DNA from: Fidelibacterota bacterium | GTDB lineage: Bacteria > Fidelibacterota > Marinisomatia > Marinisomatales > TCS55 | Length of the DNA stretch: 39,516 nt | Assembly (NCBI GenBank): GCA_046861385.1 | Contig: JBHHTW010000019.1 | Location: forward strand, 1-39,516 | Direction of reading: 5' to 3' | In this document: positions 19,757 through 28,381 of the stretch, in pieces | How positions within the stretch are numbered: position 1 is the stretch's first letter | Layout of the letters: every line of letters starts with the position of its first letter | The notes under the pieces: generated by a model | What the model was told of the DNA's origin: nothing | What the model saw: only the letters and a program-made list of their open reading frames with translations | Databases searched by the model: none | Translations under genes and position numbers: made by a program

Positions 19757-20725
19757 ATGAAAAAAACAATTATCAGTACAGTAATTATTACTGCAATAAT
19801 AACATTCACTATAACCAAATATTTTATTTTACCCCAGAAAGACACCCATCATGATGAGGTGGGCCATAACGAGGAGCTGGATGATCATGAAGGCGAATCT
19901 GGATTAGAACTGGATTTAACACCGGAAGTACTAAAAGAATTTGGTATTGTCCTGGGAACTGTTTCGGATGGTGTTTTGGAAAGAATCGTTGAATTACCAG
20001 GTGAAATTCAGATAGACCCGGACCGTTTGGCACACATTACACCACGATTCGAAGGTGTAGTAAAGAAAGTTTTTAAACAAATTGGCGAAAGGGTGGAAAA
20101 GGATGAATTGCTGGCGATAATTGAAAGTAACGAAAGTCTTACTGCCTATGAAGTTCGATCGGAGATTGCAGGTACTGTGATCGAAATGCATCTCACGACG
20201 GGAGAGACAATCAGCGATTCTGACCATGGTTTTATTGTTGCTGATCTTAGTGAAGTATGGGCGAATTTAAGCGTTTACCAAAAAGATCTTCCCTTTATTC
20301 GAATGGGACAAAAAACCACGATTATTGTCAGTTCAGAATTACCGGAAGTTTCCGGAACTATCTCTTATATAAGTCCAATTCTGGATGAACACACACGAAC
20401 GGCTAATGCACGAGTCATTATTCAAAATGAAGATGGATATTTTCTTCCAGGACAGTTCGTAACTGGGCGGGTTGTTACAGAAGAAGAAACCATTTCATTA
20501 TTAGTTCCAAAAACTGCTCTCCAGACCATTAATAATCAGACAGTTGTATTTGTTAAGGATGAGCATGGTTTTGAACCACAACTTGTGCATGTGGGAAGGG
20601 CTAATGAAAAAAGTGTAGAAATCCTCTCAGGGCTTGACTCGGGGCAGAAGTACGTCTCAAAAGGAGGATTTACTCTTAAAGCTCAATTGGCAAAAAGTTC
20701 ATTCGGTGATGGACATAGTCATTAG
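19757..20725 (+). CDS. czcB: CzcB-like RND periplasmic adaptor
   Basis: N-terminal TM plus His/Asp-rich stretch, ADLSEVW, TRTA.AR, LPGQFV, C-terminal GHSH. Confidence 0.88.
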   Translation: MKKTIISTVIITAIITFTITKYFILPQKDTHHDEVGHNEELDDHEGESGLELDLTPEVLKEFGIVLGTVSDGVLERIVELPGEIQIDPDRLAHITPRFEGVVKKVFKQIGERVEKDELLAIIESNESLTAYEVRSEIAGTVIEMHLTTGETISDSDHGFIVADLSEVWANLSVYQKDLPFIRMGQKTTIIVSSELPEVSGTISYISPILDEHTRTANARVIIQNEDGYFLPGQFVTGRVVTEEETISLLVPKTALQTINNQTVVFVKDEHGFEPQLVHVGRANEKSVEILSGLDSGQKYVSKGGFTLKAQLAKSSFGDGHSH

Positions 20726-20788
20726 TGAATATTTAGATCCAAAATAAGGTTCTTGTACACATAAATTTTTAAAAAGGAAAAATTTACA

Positions 20789-23700
20789 ATGGAAAAATTA
20801 ATTCAATCCATTCTACGTAATCGTTTACTAATGGTGGCAGTTGCTGCACTGGTAATGGGAATGGGGATTTACAGTTATAAGCAATTGCCAATTGACGCAT
20901 TCCCAGATGTTTCACCAGTATTGGTACAAGTTTTTACGGAAACAGAAGGACTGGCTCCGGAAGAGGTAGAAAAATATGTAACCTACCCTGTGGAGGTCGC
21001 CATGAATGGACTTCCTGATCTAAAGAAAATTCGTTCTGTATCAAACTTTGGATTATCCGTAGTCAATATATATTTTCATGACGGTACTGATATATATTTC
21101 GCACGGCAACTGGTCAACGAAAGAATTCAGGAAGCACGGGAACAAATACCAGAGGGCTTTGGCGAACCGGTCATGGGTCCAATTTCAACGGGAATGGGTT
21201 TGATTCTTTTTTATTATCTCGAGGATGAAACGGGTGAATACACTCTTGAGGAATTGCGTACTATCCAAGATTGGTTAGTAAAATTTCATCTTCAAACAGT
21301 ACCGGGTGTTACTGAGGTCCTGGGGATTGGTGGATTCGAAAAACAGTTCCAGATTGTACTGGATCCATACGCTTTGTTGCGATACGACATTTCCGTCCAG
21401 GATGTGATTGAAAAAATAAAAGCAAATAATCTGAATGTTGGTGCTCAGTTTATTGAAAAAAATGCCGAGGAATTTATTGTTCGGTCTGTCGGGTTAGCTT
21501 CACATATTGAAGACATCGAGAATATTGTGATTAAATCTGATTCCGGAACGCCGATTTTTCTTAAACAACTAGCAGATGTAGAAATCGGAGGTGCTATCCG
21601 GAGGGGAATTCAAACGCGTAACGGTGTTGGAGAAGTGGTTGCTGGGATGGTCGTGAAATTGTATGGAACAAACTCTTCTACCGTGATAGGTCAGGTGGAA
21701 TCCAAAATGGAGGAAATAAATACAATTTTACCTGACGGGATTAAACTGATTCCATATTACGAACAAAAAACGTTAGTTGAAGCCTGTGTTAAGACGGTCA
21801 CAGACGCTTTGTTTGAAGGGATCATTCTTGTAATGATTATTCTGATGGTGTTTCTTGGTGCATTCAGACCCAGTATTGTTGTGGCTACAGCTATTCCATT
21901 TTCAGTCTTATTTGCAATTATCGGTATGAAATTATTTGGAATCTCTGCAAATCTCATGTCATTTGGTGGATTAGCAATCGCTATCGGAATGTTGGTAGAT
22001 GGAAGTGTCGTTATTGTTGAAAATGTCGATCGAATGTTAAGGTCTGCAAACAATCATGAACCACAGATTCATATTATTTCCCGGGCTTGTAGAGAAGTTA
22101 TTCGTCCAGTTTTATTTGCAATAATTATCATTATCCTTGTGTTTTTACCATTGTTTACTTTACAAGGCGTTGAAGGGAAAACCTTCAGACCGCTGGCATA
22201 TACTATCGCCCTGGCAATGTTTGGCTCCCTTATTTTTACAGTATTTCTTGCACCTGTTTTATCTTCATTTTTTATGAGAAAACCAAAAAGTACACCATCC
22301 GGTTCAGAGCATGAAGATGTTTGGATACTACGTCATATGCTAAAGTTATATCGCCCTGTTGTTACATTTTTTGTTAAGCGTAGACATATGGCTGTTTCGA
22401 TGGTTTTGCTTCTTGTTGCAATCGGGGTAATGGTATTTCCACGTCTTGGATCAGAATTTACACCAACTCTACAAGAAGGTACGATCGTCGTACGTTTGAC
22501 CATGGCACCATCAATTTCACTCAATGAAAGCAGGCGGATCACGATGATTGTGGAACGTAGATTGGTGAAAATTCCAGAAGTTACCGGTGTGGTTACACGA
22601 ATAGGACGCGGAGAAGTGGGAGCACATACAGATCCAATTAACAGTGCCGAAATGTATGTTCTATTGAAACCAAAAGAAGAATGGCGGATGGCGGAAAATC
22701 AGGTTGAACTTGAAGCAACGATTCGAAAAGAATTGGGTAATATTCCAGGTGTGCTAACTAATTTTACTCAACCCATTGCAATGACAGTCGACGAACTACT
22801 GGAAGGCATCAGAGCAGAACTGGCTATCAAGTTATTTGGTGATGACCTCGAAATCTTAAAAAGTAAAGCAGATGAAATCGCAGGTGTAATTCGTAAAATC
22901 CAGGGAGCGGAAGATGTGCAGGTGGATCAGGTCTCTGGTACACCACAGTTGTTAATAAAAGTTGACAGACACGCAATTGCCAGGTACGGAATTAATATTG
23001 CAGATGTTCAGGAAGTGATACGTGCTGCAGTTGGAGGAGAAACTGCCGGGCAGATATTTGAAGGTATTCGGCGGTTTGATATTCTTGTTCGTTTTACACC
23101 GGAATACCGAAACACACCTGATGCCATTGGAAAGATTCTCGTCCAATCTCCTGATGGAACAAACATTCCATTATCAGAACTGGCGGATATCGATGAAGTG
23201 GTTGGTCCCAGACAGATTACACGGGAAAATAACCAACGTTTTATTACTGTTCAGTGTAATGTAACCGGACGGGATATCAGTTCCTTTGTGACGGAAGGAC
23301 AACAGGCACTCGAATCTCAGGTTGTACTACCTACAGGATATCTCAGCACTTGGGGTGGACAATTCAAATTACAGCAAGAAGCAAACAAAAGGCTTTCAGT
23401 CGTGATTCCAATTACGTTGCTGATTATTTTCTTTTTACTATTTTCAAATTTCAACTCGTTAAAGAATTCGCTATTAATACTGTTGAATATTCCGTTAGCA
23501 CTTGTAGGTGGTGTTGTGAGTCTCTGGCTTAGTGGACAAAATATGTCGGTTCCTGCCTCAGTTGGATTTATAGCCCTTTTTGGTATCGCCTTATTAAATG
23601 GAATCGTCCTTGTCTCTTATTTAAACCAACTCTATCAAGAGGGCTTATCCATTGATGACGTTTCTATTAAAGGTGCTTGTTTAAGATTACGACCCGTATT

Positions 23701-23887
23701 GATGACAGCGCTCGCTGCCGGGCTTGGAATGATACCGCTGCTTTTTTCGCAAGGTATTGGCAGTGAAGTTCAGAGACCGCTGGCAACAGTAGTCATAGGT
23801 GGTTTGGTTACTTCCACAATTCTAACACTGCTGGTGATTCCGGCTTTGTATAAATGGTTTGCCATCGATGTCGATACAGAAAACTAA
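20789..23887 (+). CDS. czcA: CzcA-family divalent heavy-metal RND efflux permease
   Basis: LPIDAFPDVS, GMLVDGSVVIVEN, EGKTFRPLA, RLRPVLMTA, GSEVQRPLATVVIGG. Confidence 0.93.
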   Translation: MEKLIQSILRNRLLMVAVAALVMGMGIYSYKQLPIDAFPDVSPVLVQVFTETEGLAPEEVEKYVTYPVEVAMNGLPDLKKIRSVSNFGLSVVNIYFHDGTDIYFARQLVNERIQEAREQIPEGFGEPVMGPISTGMGLILFYYLEDETGEYTLEELRTIQDWLVKFHLQTVPGVTEVLGIGGFEKQFQIVLDPYALLRYDISVQDVIEKIKANNLNVGAQFIEKNAEEFIVRSVGLASHIEDIENIVIKSDSGTPIFLKQLADVEIGGAIRRGIQTRNGVGEVVAGMVVKLYGTNSSTVIGQVESKMEEINTILPDGIKLIPYYEQKTLVEACVKTVTDALFEGIILVMIILMVFLGAFRPSIVVATAIPFSVLFAIIGMKLFGISANLMSFGGLAIAIGMLVDGSVVIVENVDRMLRSANNHEPQIHIISRACREVIRPVLFAIIIIILVFLPLFTLQGVEGKTFRPLAYTIALAMFGSLIFTVFLAPVLSSFFMRKPKSTPSGSEHEDVWILRHMLKLYRPVVTFFVKRRHMAVSMVLLLVAIGVMVFPRLGSEFTPTLQEGTIVVRLTMAPSISLNESRRITMIVERRLVKIPEVTGVVTRIGRGEVGAHTDPINSAEMYVLLKPKEEWRMAENQVELEATIRKELGNIPGVLTNFTQPIAMTVDELLEGIRAELAIKLFGDDLEILKSKADEIAGVIRKIQGAEDVQVDQVSGTPQLLIKVDRHAIARYGINIADVQEVIRAAVGGETAGQIFEGIRRFDILVRFTPEYRNTPDAIGKILVQSPDGTNIPLSELADIDEVVGPRQITRENNQRFITVQCNVTGRDISSFVTEGQQALESQVVLPTGYLSTWGGQFKLQQEANKRLSVVIPITLLIIFFLLFSNFNSLKNSLLILLNIPLALVGGVVSLWLSGQNMSVPASVGFIALFGIALLNGIVLVSYLNQLYQEGLSIDDVSIKGACLRLRPVLMTALAAGLGMIPLLFSQGIGSEVQRPLATVVIGGLVTSTILTLLVIPALYKWFAIDVDTEN

Positions 23888-23902
23888 AAAAAGGAGAAGC
23901 TA

Positions 23903-24244
23903 ATGAAATTCATTCAAGCATATATCAAACCGCACAAATTGGTTGACGTTACATTATCTCTTCATAATGTAGATCGCTTAACAGGGATGAGTGTGATAGA
24001 AATAAAAGGATTTGGACGCGGGAAAGCTAAAAACTCACCTCATAGGATTAAAGATGAATTAATCGATTTCATTCACCATATAAAACTGGAAATATTCTGT
24101 CTGGACGAAATAGTTGATCAAATCATTGCTAAAATCCAAAAAGCCGCTCATACAGGATTAAGAGGGGATGGTAAAATCTATGTGACTGATGTTGATGAAG
24201 CTGTTCGTATCAGCACGGGCGAATATGGTAAAGAAGCTGTTTAA
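23903..24244 (+). CDS. PII-like protein associated with heavy-metal efflux
   Basis: IKPHKL, GMSV..IKGFGR, KLEI, AHTG..GDGKIYV, RISTGE. The T-loop lacks the YRG..Y uridylylation motif of GlnB/GlnK. Confidence 0.88.
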   Translation: MKFIQAYIKPHKLVDVTLSLHNVDRLTGMSVIEIKGFGRGKAKNSPHRIKDELIDFIHHIKLEIFCLDEIVDQIIAKIQKAAHTGLRGDGKIYVTDVDEAVRISTGEYGKEAV

Positions 24245-24315
24245 ATCTGTATTGAAATTCGTAACGACCATCCACCGACTGTTGGATAGAGGACAGGAGT
24301 TCAGTAATATTAATT

Positions 24316-25200
24316 ATGAATAATCATTCCCACGACAACCGTTCAGGTATGAAAAATATCAAAACTGCGTTCCTGTTAAATATCTCTTTTACTATTTTAG
24401 AGATTATCGGAGGAATTTTGACAAATAGTATTGCAATCCTATCTGATGCTCTTCATGACTTAGGGGATAGTCTTTCATTAGGATTGTCTTTATACCTGGA
24501 AAAAGTATCTCAGCGGAAACGTGATAATCGTTTTTCCTTCGGGTATCGTCGGTTTTCACTATTGGCGGCATTGATCAATAGTATTGTTTTGATCGTGGGG
24601 TCATTCATTATCATATCTGAAGCAATTCCCCGTGTGTTCAATCCTGAAACGGTGCATATCAAAGGTATGTTTGCATTGTCAATATTTGGAATACTAGTAA
24701 ATAGCTTGGCTGCCTGGCGTGTGAATAGTGGAAAATCCATGAATGAAAGGGTTATCACCTGGCATTTTTTGGAAGATGTATTTGGATGGATAGCTATTTT
24801 AATCATTAGTTTAGTCATGTTGAAATGGGACATTCCCATTTTAGACCCGATTCTTTCCATTCTGATTACTGTCTTTATCCTATGGAACGTCGCTAAACGA
24901 TTGAAAGAAACAGCAGTTATATTTTTACAGGCCATTCCCCCTGGAATTGAAGTTGATAAGCTTGAAGCGTGTATATCTGATCTGGACAAAGTCATTTCAA
25001 CACATGACACACATGTTTGGTCAATGGATGGGGAGTATACTGTGATGTCGACCCATATCGTGGTCTCTGATAGTTTACCGCATAGTGAATACCTGCACGT
25101 TAAAAACAGTGTTAAAGAATGCTGCAAAGATGTTGGTATACATCATATAACGGTGGAAATCGAACGGGGCGACGAAGATTGTCATTCGGCGGATTGTTGA
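24316..25200 (+). CDS. czcD: Cation diffusion facilitator (CzcD/ZitB-like Zn/Co/Cd exporter)
   Basis: SDALHDLGD, FSFGYRR, HFLED, HDTHVW, HITVE. Confidence 0.9.
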   Translation: MNNHSHDNRSGMKNIKTAFLLNISFTILEIIGGILTNSIAILSDALHDLGDSLSLGLSLYLEKVSQRKRDNRFSFGYRRFSLLAALINSIVLIVGSFIIISEAIPRVFNPETVHIKGMFALSIFGILVNSLAAWRVNSGKSMNERVITWHFLEDVFGWIAILIISLVMLKWDIPILDPILSILITVFILWNVAKRLKETAVIFLQAIPPGIEVDKLEACISDLDKVISTHDTHVWSMDGEYTVMSTHIVVSDSLPHSEYLHVKNSVKECCKDVGIHHITVEIERGDEDCHSADC

Positions 25201-25408
25201 GAATAGTATTTTCTTGATTATAAGCCTCTTGTGAATACATTCAATCATGGATAAACATTGATAATATTTGTAAAGTAGCAGGTGAAATCATTATGATGAA
25301 TTCAATATTTAAATAATTCATGTTCATTTTTCAGCCCTGTCTCTCTGTCTTAATAATTTCTCACCTGATCTGGAATTCTTCATCGATTAAACAATAAGTT
25401 GTTCAAAT

Positions 25409-26206
25409 ATGAAACCACGAAATATCATTGTCCTGGTTAATCTGCTTCTTTTTGCAGCAGAGCCTGGTTTTATGCAGACCATATCGAAAACGACATACAC
25501 TTTATTTCTAGGCGAAGAAAAGGTCTGGGTAGATATATACGAGCGAACCGGGTCAGACATTACGCTTCTGAACTTACATGACAATGAGAATACCTCTGTT
25601 GAAGCGGGTCTGGCATTCATAGAAAAGTACGGCGGTAGGCTGATCGAACTACGGCATGGCCGTGGCCGGGAAGTGGTGGTACGGCTGGATGGTGTGCTAA
25701 ATCGATTTGATCCGAACCGAATGTTTACCGATGTGGGGTTGCGGAAGTCCCTGGAATATTTTCAAAACAACAATGACGAAGTTTTTGCCATCGCTGCCGC
25801 TTTCAGGGACAGCGTGATACGCTTGTTTGATGTCCGAAAAGGGATGCTCGTAATTGCTCTTCACAACAATACTCCAAGCAAAATGACAATCAAAGATTTT
25901 AGGGTGGGCGAATGGTATGGAGATGACACCGAGGAGGTTTCCATTAATCCTCAAGAAGATCCCGATAATTTTTTCGTTGTCACTCAAGCTGAATTATATA
26001 GTGCACTTTATTCATCAGGTTACAATGTGGCCCTCAAGGCAACATATCCGCCTGATCGGGGAATGCTAATCGATTACTGTGAGAATAAGGGTGCGTTGTA
26101 CGTCACCATTGAGACCGAGCATGGTAAACGGAAGAAACAAGAGGAAATGCTGGAAACAATTTGGAAGATTCTGAAGGAAAAGAGTATGGGAGTCTCATTT
26201 GATTAG
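25409..26206 (+). CDS. Secreted protein with M14/succinylglutamate-desuccinylase-like zinc hydrolase motifs
   Basis: Signal-like N-terminus; LHDNE (HxxE), DPNR, ALHNN and YVTIE occur in the order typical of the M14 fold. Confidence 0.6.
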   Translation: MKPRNIIVLVNLLLFAAEPGFMQTISKTTYTLFLGEEKVWVDIYERTGSDITLLNLHDNENTSVEAGLAFIEKYGGRLIELRHGRGREVVVRLDGVLNRFDPNRMFTDVGLRKSLEYFQNNNDEVFAIAAAFRDSVIRLFDVRKGMLVIALHNNTPSKMTIKDFRVGEWYGDDTEEVSINPQEDPDNFFVVTQAELYSALYSSGYNVALKATYPPDRGMLIDYCENKGALYVTIETEHGKRKKQEEMLETIWKILKEKSMGVSFD

Positions 26207-26807
26207 GAATAAAGTATATTGGTCCGGTCCAATTTTATTGGTGCTAATCCTCATAATCGTACTTTGGTTTGCTCCATTGGAAAGAACCCTCGGCAGCACG
26301 ATAAAATACGTGTATCTTCACGTAGCATTGACTTGGTGCGGTATGGTTGGAATAGCTCTAATGGCCGCTATGGGAGTTGGAACCTTATTCCGTAGGAGCG
26401 ATATTTTGGATTTTTATCGAAAAATAATTGGGTGGGTGACTATTTTTGCTTGGGGCATTAGTATTTTAATCAGCGCATTCGCAGCAAAGATTGCATGGGG
26501 TTCAATTTCTTGGTCGGAACCCCTTATGAGTGTTGCACTGATGATTTTGATTTCTTTACTAATTGTACAAATATATGAACATATAATACGATCACATGTT
26601 GTCAGAGGGTTGTTAAGTATTGCTCCCTCCGGATTCCTAATTGTGTTGGCGGGTAAAGTTACTCGGGTTCTTCATCCGCTTGATCCGATTCACACTTCTA
26701 ATTCCATGTCAATAAAACTAACTTTCAATATCGTATTCATAATCTGTCTGTTATTAGCTGCCTGGGTAGTATGGATGGCTGAACAGAGGAGAAAATCAAA
26801 TGATTAA
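26199..26807 (+). CDS. Divergent CcmC/CcsA-like heme-handling membrane protein
   Basis: Six TM segments; YLHV, AKIAWGSISWSEP (degenerate WWD motif), LHP. TTG start overlapping the upstream gene. Confidence 0.6.
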   Translation: MIRNKVYWSGPILLVLILIIVLWFAPLERTLGSTIKYVYLHVALTWCGMVGIALMAAMGVGTLFRRSDILDFYRKIIGWVTIFAWGISILISAFAAKIAWGSISWSEPLMSVALMILISLLIVQIYEHIIRSHVVRGLLSIAPSGFLIVLAGKVTRVLHPLDPIHTSNSMSIKLTFNIVFIICLLLAAWVVWMAEQRRKSND

Positions 26808-26911
26808 TTTGTATCTTGGAAGGTTCTGAATCTCGAATATCTGATAAATAGTATTTCTATTCTTTTAGTCAACATTTTAAATGTGGAACAATTTGCTTAT
26901 TGGTAATTATA

Positions 26912-26935
26912 CTATTTGAACATATATTCAAATAG
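26912..26935. promoter_or_regulatory. ArsR/SmtB/CadC-type operator
   Basis: CTATTTGAA-CATATA-TTCAAATAG is a perfect 9-6-9 inverted repeat with a TGAACA..TTCA core. It overlaps a -10-like TATACT (26908-26913) and ends 15 nt before the merT-like start. Confidence 0.8.
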
Positions 26936-26950
26936 ACATGGGAGTTTAAT

Positions 26951-27535
26951 ATGGATAAAACAATATTTTCAACAATGGGCGCAGCATTTTTAGCATCGAT
27001 TTGTTGTATTGGCCCAATACTAATGCTGGTACTTGGTTCAACCTCTATAGGATTATTCGCTATTTTTGAACCAATTCGACCCATTTTCGCCGTTCTTTCC
27101 ATCCTGATATTAGTGTTTGCTTACTTTAAACTATTTAGAAAAGAAAGAGCAGCCTGTTGTAATACTGAAGATTCAAGACAATCTTTGCGAAAACAAAAAC
27201 GTATTCTCATGGGAATTACTCCTTTTGTTTTTGTTTTGTTGGCTTTTCCATATTTAATAGGAAATACACATTTAAGCAATTCCAATGACCATACAGGAAT
27301 AAAATCGGAGTGGTTAGTCGAAGGGATGACTTGCAGCGGATGTGCTGCAGGGATGGAAGGGTCATTAGCCGCTACCGATGGAATGAACTTTTGTAAAGTA
27401 AGTTATGAAAAGGGAACCATGCTTTGCTATACAGATGACACAAAGCTACCGATAGACAATATTCCGGGATTAGTAGCCAGTAACGGTTATAAGGCGATAC
27501 CTAATACAGAAAAATCAACAATAAGTGGCGGATGA
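26951..27535 (+). CDS. MerT-like transporter fused to a heavy-metal-associated (MerP/HMA) domain
   Basis: ASICCIGP, EPIRP, AACC loop, LAFPY, then GMTCSGC. Confidence 0.88.
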   Translation: MDKTIFSTMGAAFLASICCIGPILMLVLGSTSIGLFAIFEPIRPIFAVLSILILVFAYFKLFRKERAACCNTEDSRQSLRKQKRILMGITPFVFVLLAFPYLIGNTHLSNSNDHTGIKSEWLVEGMTCSGCAAGMEGSLAATDGMNFCKVSYEKGTMLCYTDDTKLPIDNIPGLVASNGYKAIPNTEKSTISGG

Positions 27536-28008
27536 TCGTTATGGCAAGTTGTTGTTCTGTACCTCAAGTAGAAAAAATATCAACCGATACGAAATGTCCT
27601 ACGTGTGATCAGGAAGGAAAGCAAGTGGAGTTGCTCACAATCAGGTCTATGACCCGTAGAGATTTCCCTCATTATGGTGAACTTACAAAAGGATTTCTCT
27701 GTTTAAATCCCGATGATTCAACCGTCTATTATTTTTCGAATTTAGGTTTCACCATCAGTCAAAGCGATGTTGTAACAGATATTGGTTTTAAAACCAATTC
27801 AAATACGAAAACTATCTGTTATTGTTTTCGTCACACAAAACAGGAAATTATAGACGATTATTTAATAAATAATGAATCAAATATAGAAATGGATGTTCGT
27901 AAGAAAGTAAAAGAAAAATTGTGTACATGTGAGGTGAGTAATCCAAAGGGGAAGTGTTGTTTAGGAGATATTCGAACTGTGATAAAGGGAGTGGAAGAGC
28001 ATGGCTAA
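27532..28008 (+). CDS. CopZ-N-terminal-like Zn/[2Fe-2S] (BFD-like) metallochaperone
   Basis: CPTC..GK.V, VYY, ICYCF, CTCEVSNPKGKCC; ATGA overlap with merT (alternative start 27541). Confidence 0.82.
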   Translation: MIVMASCCSVPQVEKISTDTKCPTCDQEGKQVELLTIRSMTRRDFPHYGELTKGFLCLNPDDSTVYYFSNLGFTISQSDVVTDIGFKTNSNTKTICYCFRHTKQEIIDDYLINNESNIEMDVRKKVKEKLCTCEVSNPKGKCCLGDIRTVIKGVEEHG

Positions 28009-28381
28009 TAGTGTGAAACGATCGTGTGTAAGATCATACGTGGATCATGATAAAATACAAGAATTGCAAATGGATTTAGTTCTGAAAGATTATGATAAAT
28101 TAGGAGAAACACTCGCTATCTTAAGTAATCCAACGCGTATAAAAATCATAGATTGTTTATCTAAATCAGATGAATTATGTGTTTGTGATCTAGCTGATAT
28201 CTTAGAAATGGACGTATCGGCTATTTCTCATCAATTACGTAAACTCAAAGATCGAGGTTTCGTAAATAAACGACGTGATGGATTAACAATATATTATCGA
28301 TTGTCATTAGATGAAAACTGTCGAAAAGCCTGTGATTTTATCGAGTCACTATTCATTGGTGACCTTGAAACACAAAAATGA
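28001..28381 (+). CDS. ArsR/SmtB-family metalloregulator, CadC-like
   Basis: N-terminal Cys, LSNPTRIKI, ELCVCDLA, SAISHQLRKL, RRDG..IYY. Confidence 0.92.
   Translation: MANSVKRSCVRSYVDHDKIQELQMDLVLKDYDKLGETLAILSNPTRIKIIDCLSKSDELCVCDLADILEMDVSAISHQLRKLKDRGFVNKRRDGLTIYYRLSLDENCRKACDFIESLFIGDLETQK

Noticed and set aside
24510-25127. Minus-strand and nested ORFs in the track (for example 24510-25127, 37866-38429, 5763-6188)
   Set aside because: They are antisense shadows of well-supported + strand genes and carry no recognisable motifs.
25189-25245. The CDF ends ...ADC-TGA-GAA-TAG, which could be read as a C-terminal CU motif
   Set aside because: The downstream sequence gives only weak AU-rich pairing with no small G-containing apical loop, so an ordinary stop is simpler.
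27527-27571. MerT-HMA ends GG-TGA, a possible Sec readthrough
   Set aside because: The TGA is part of an ATGA overlap with the next gene, readthrough meets TAG within about 12 codons, and no SECIS-like hairpin is present.
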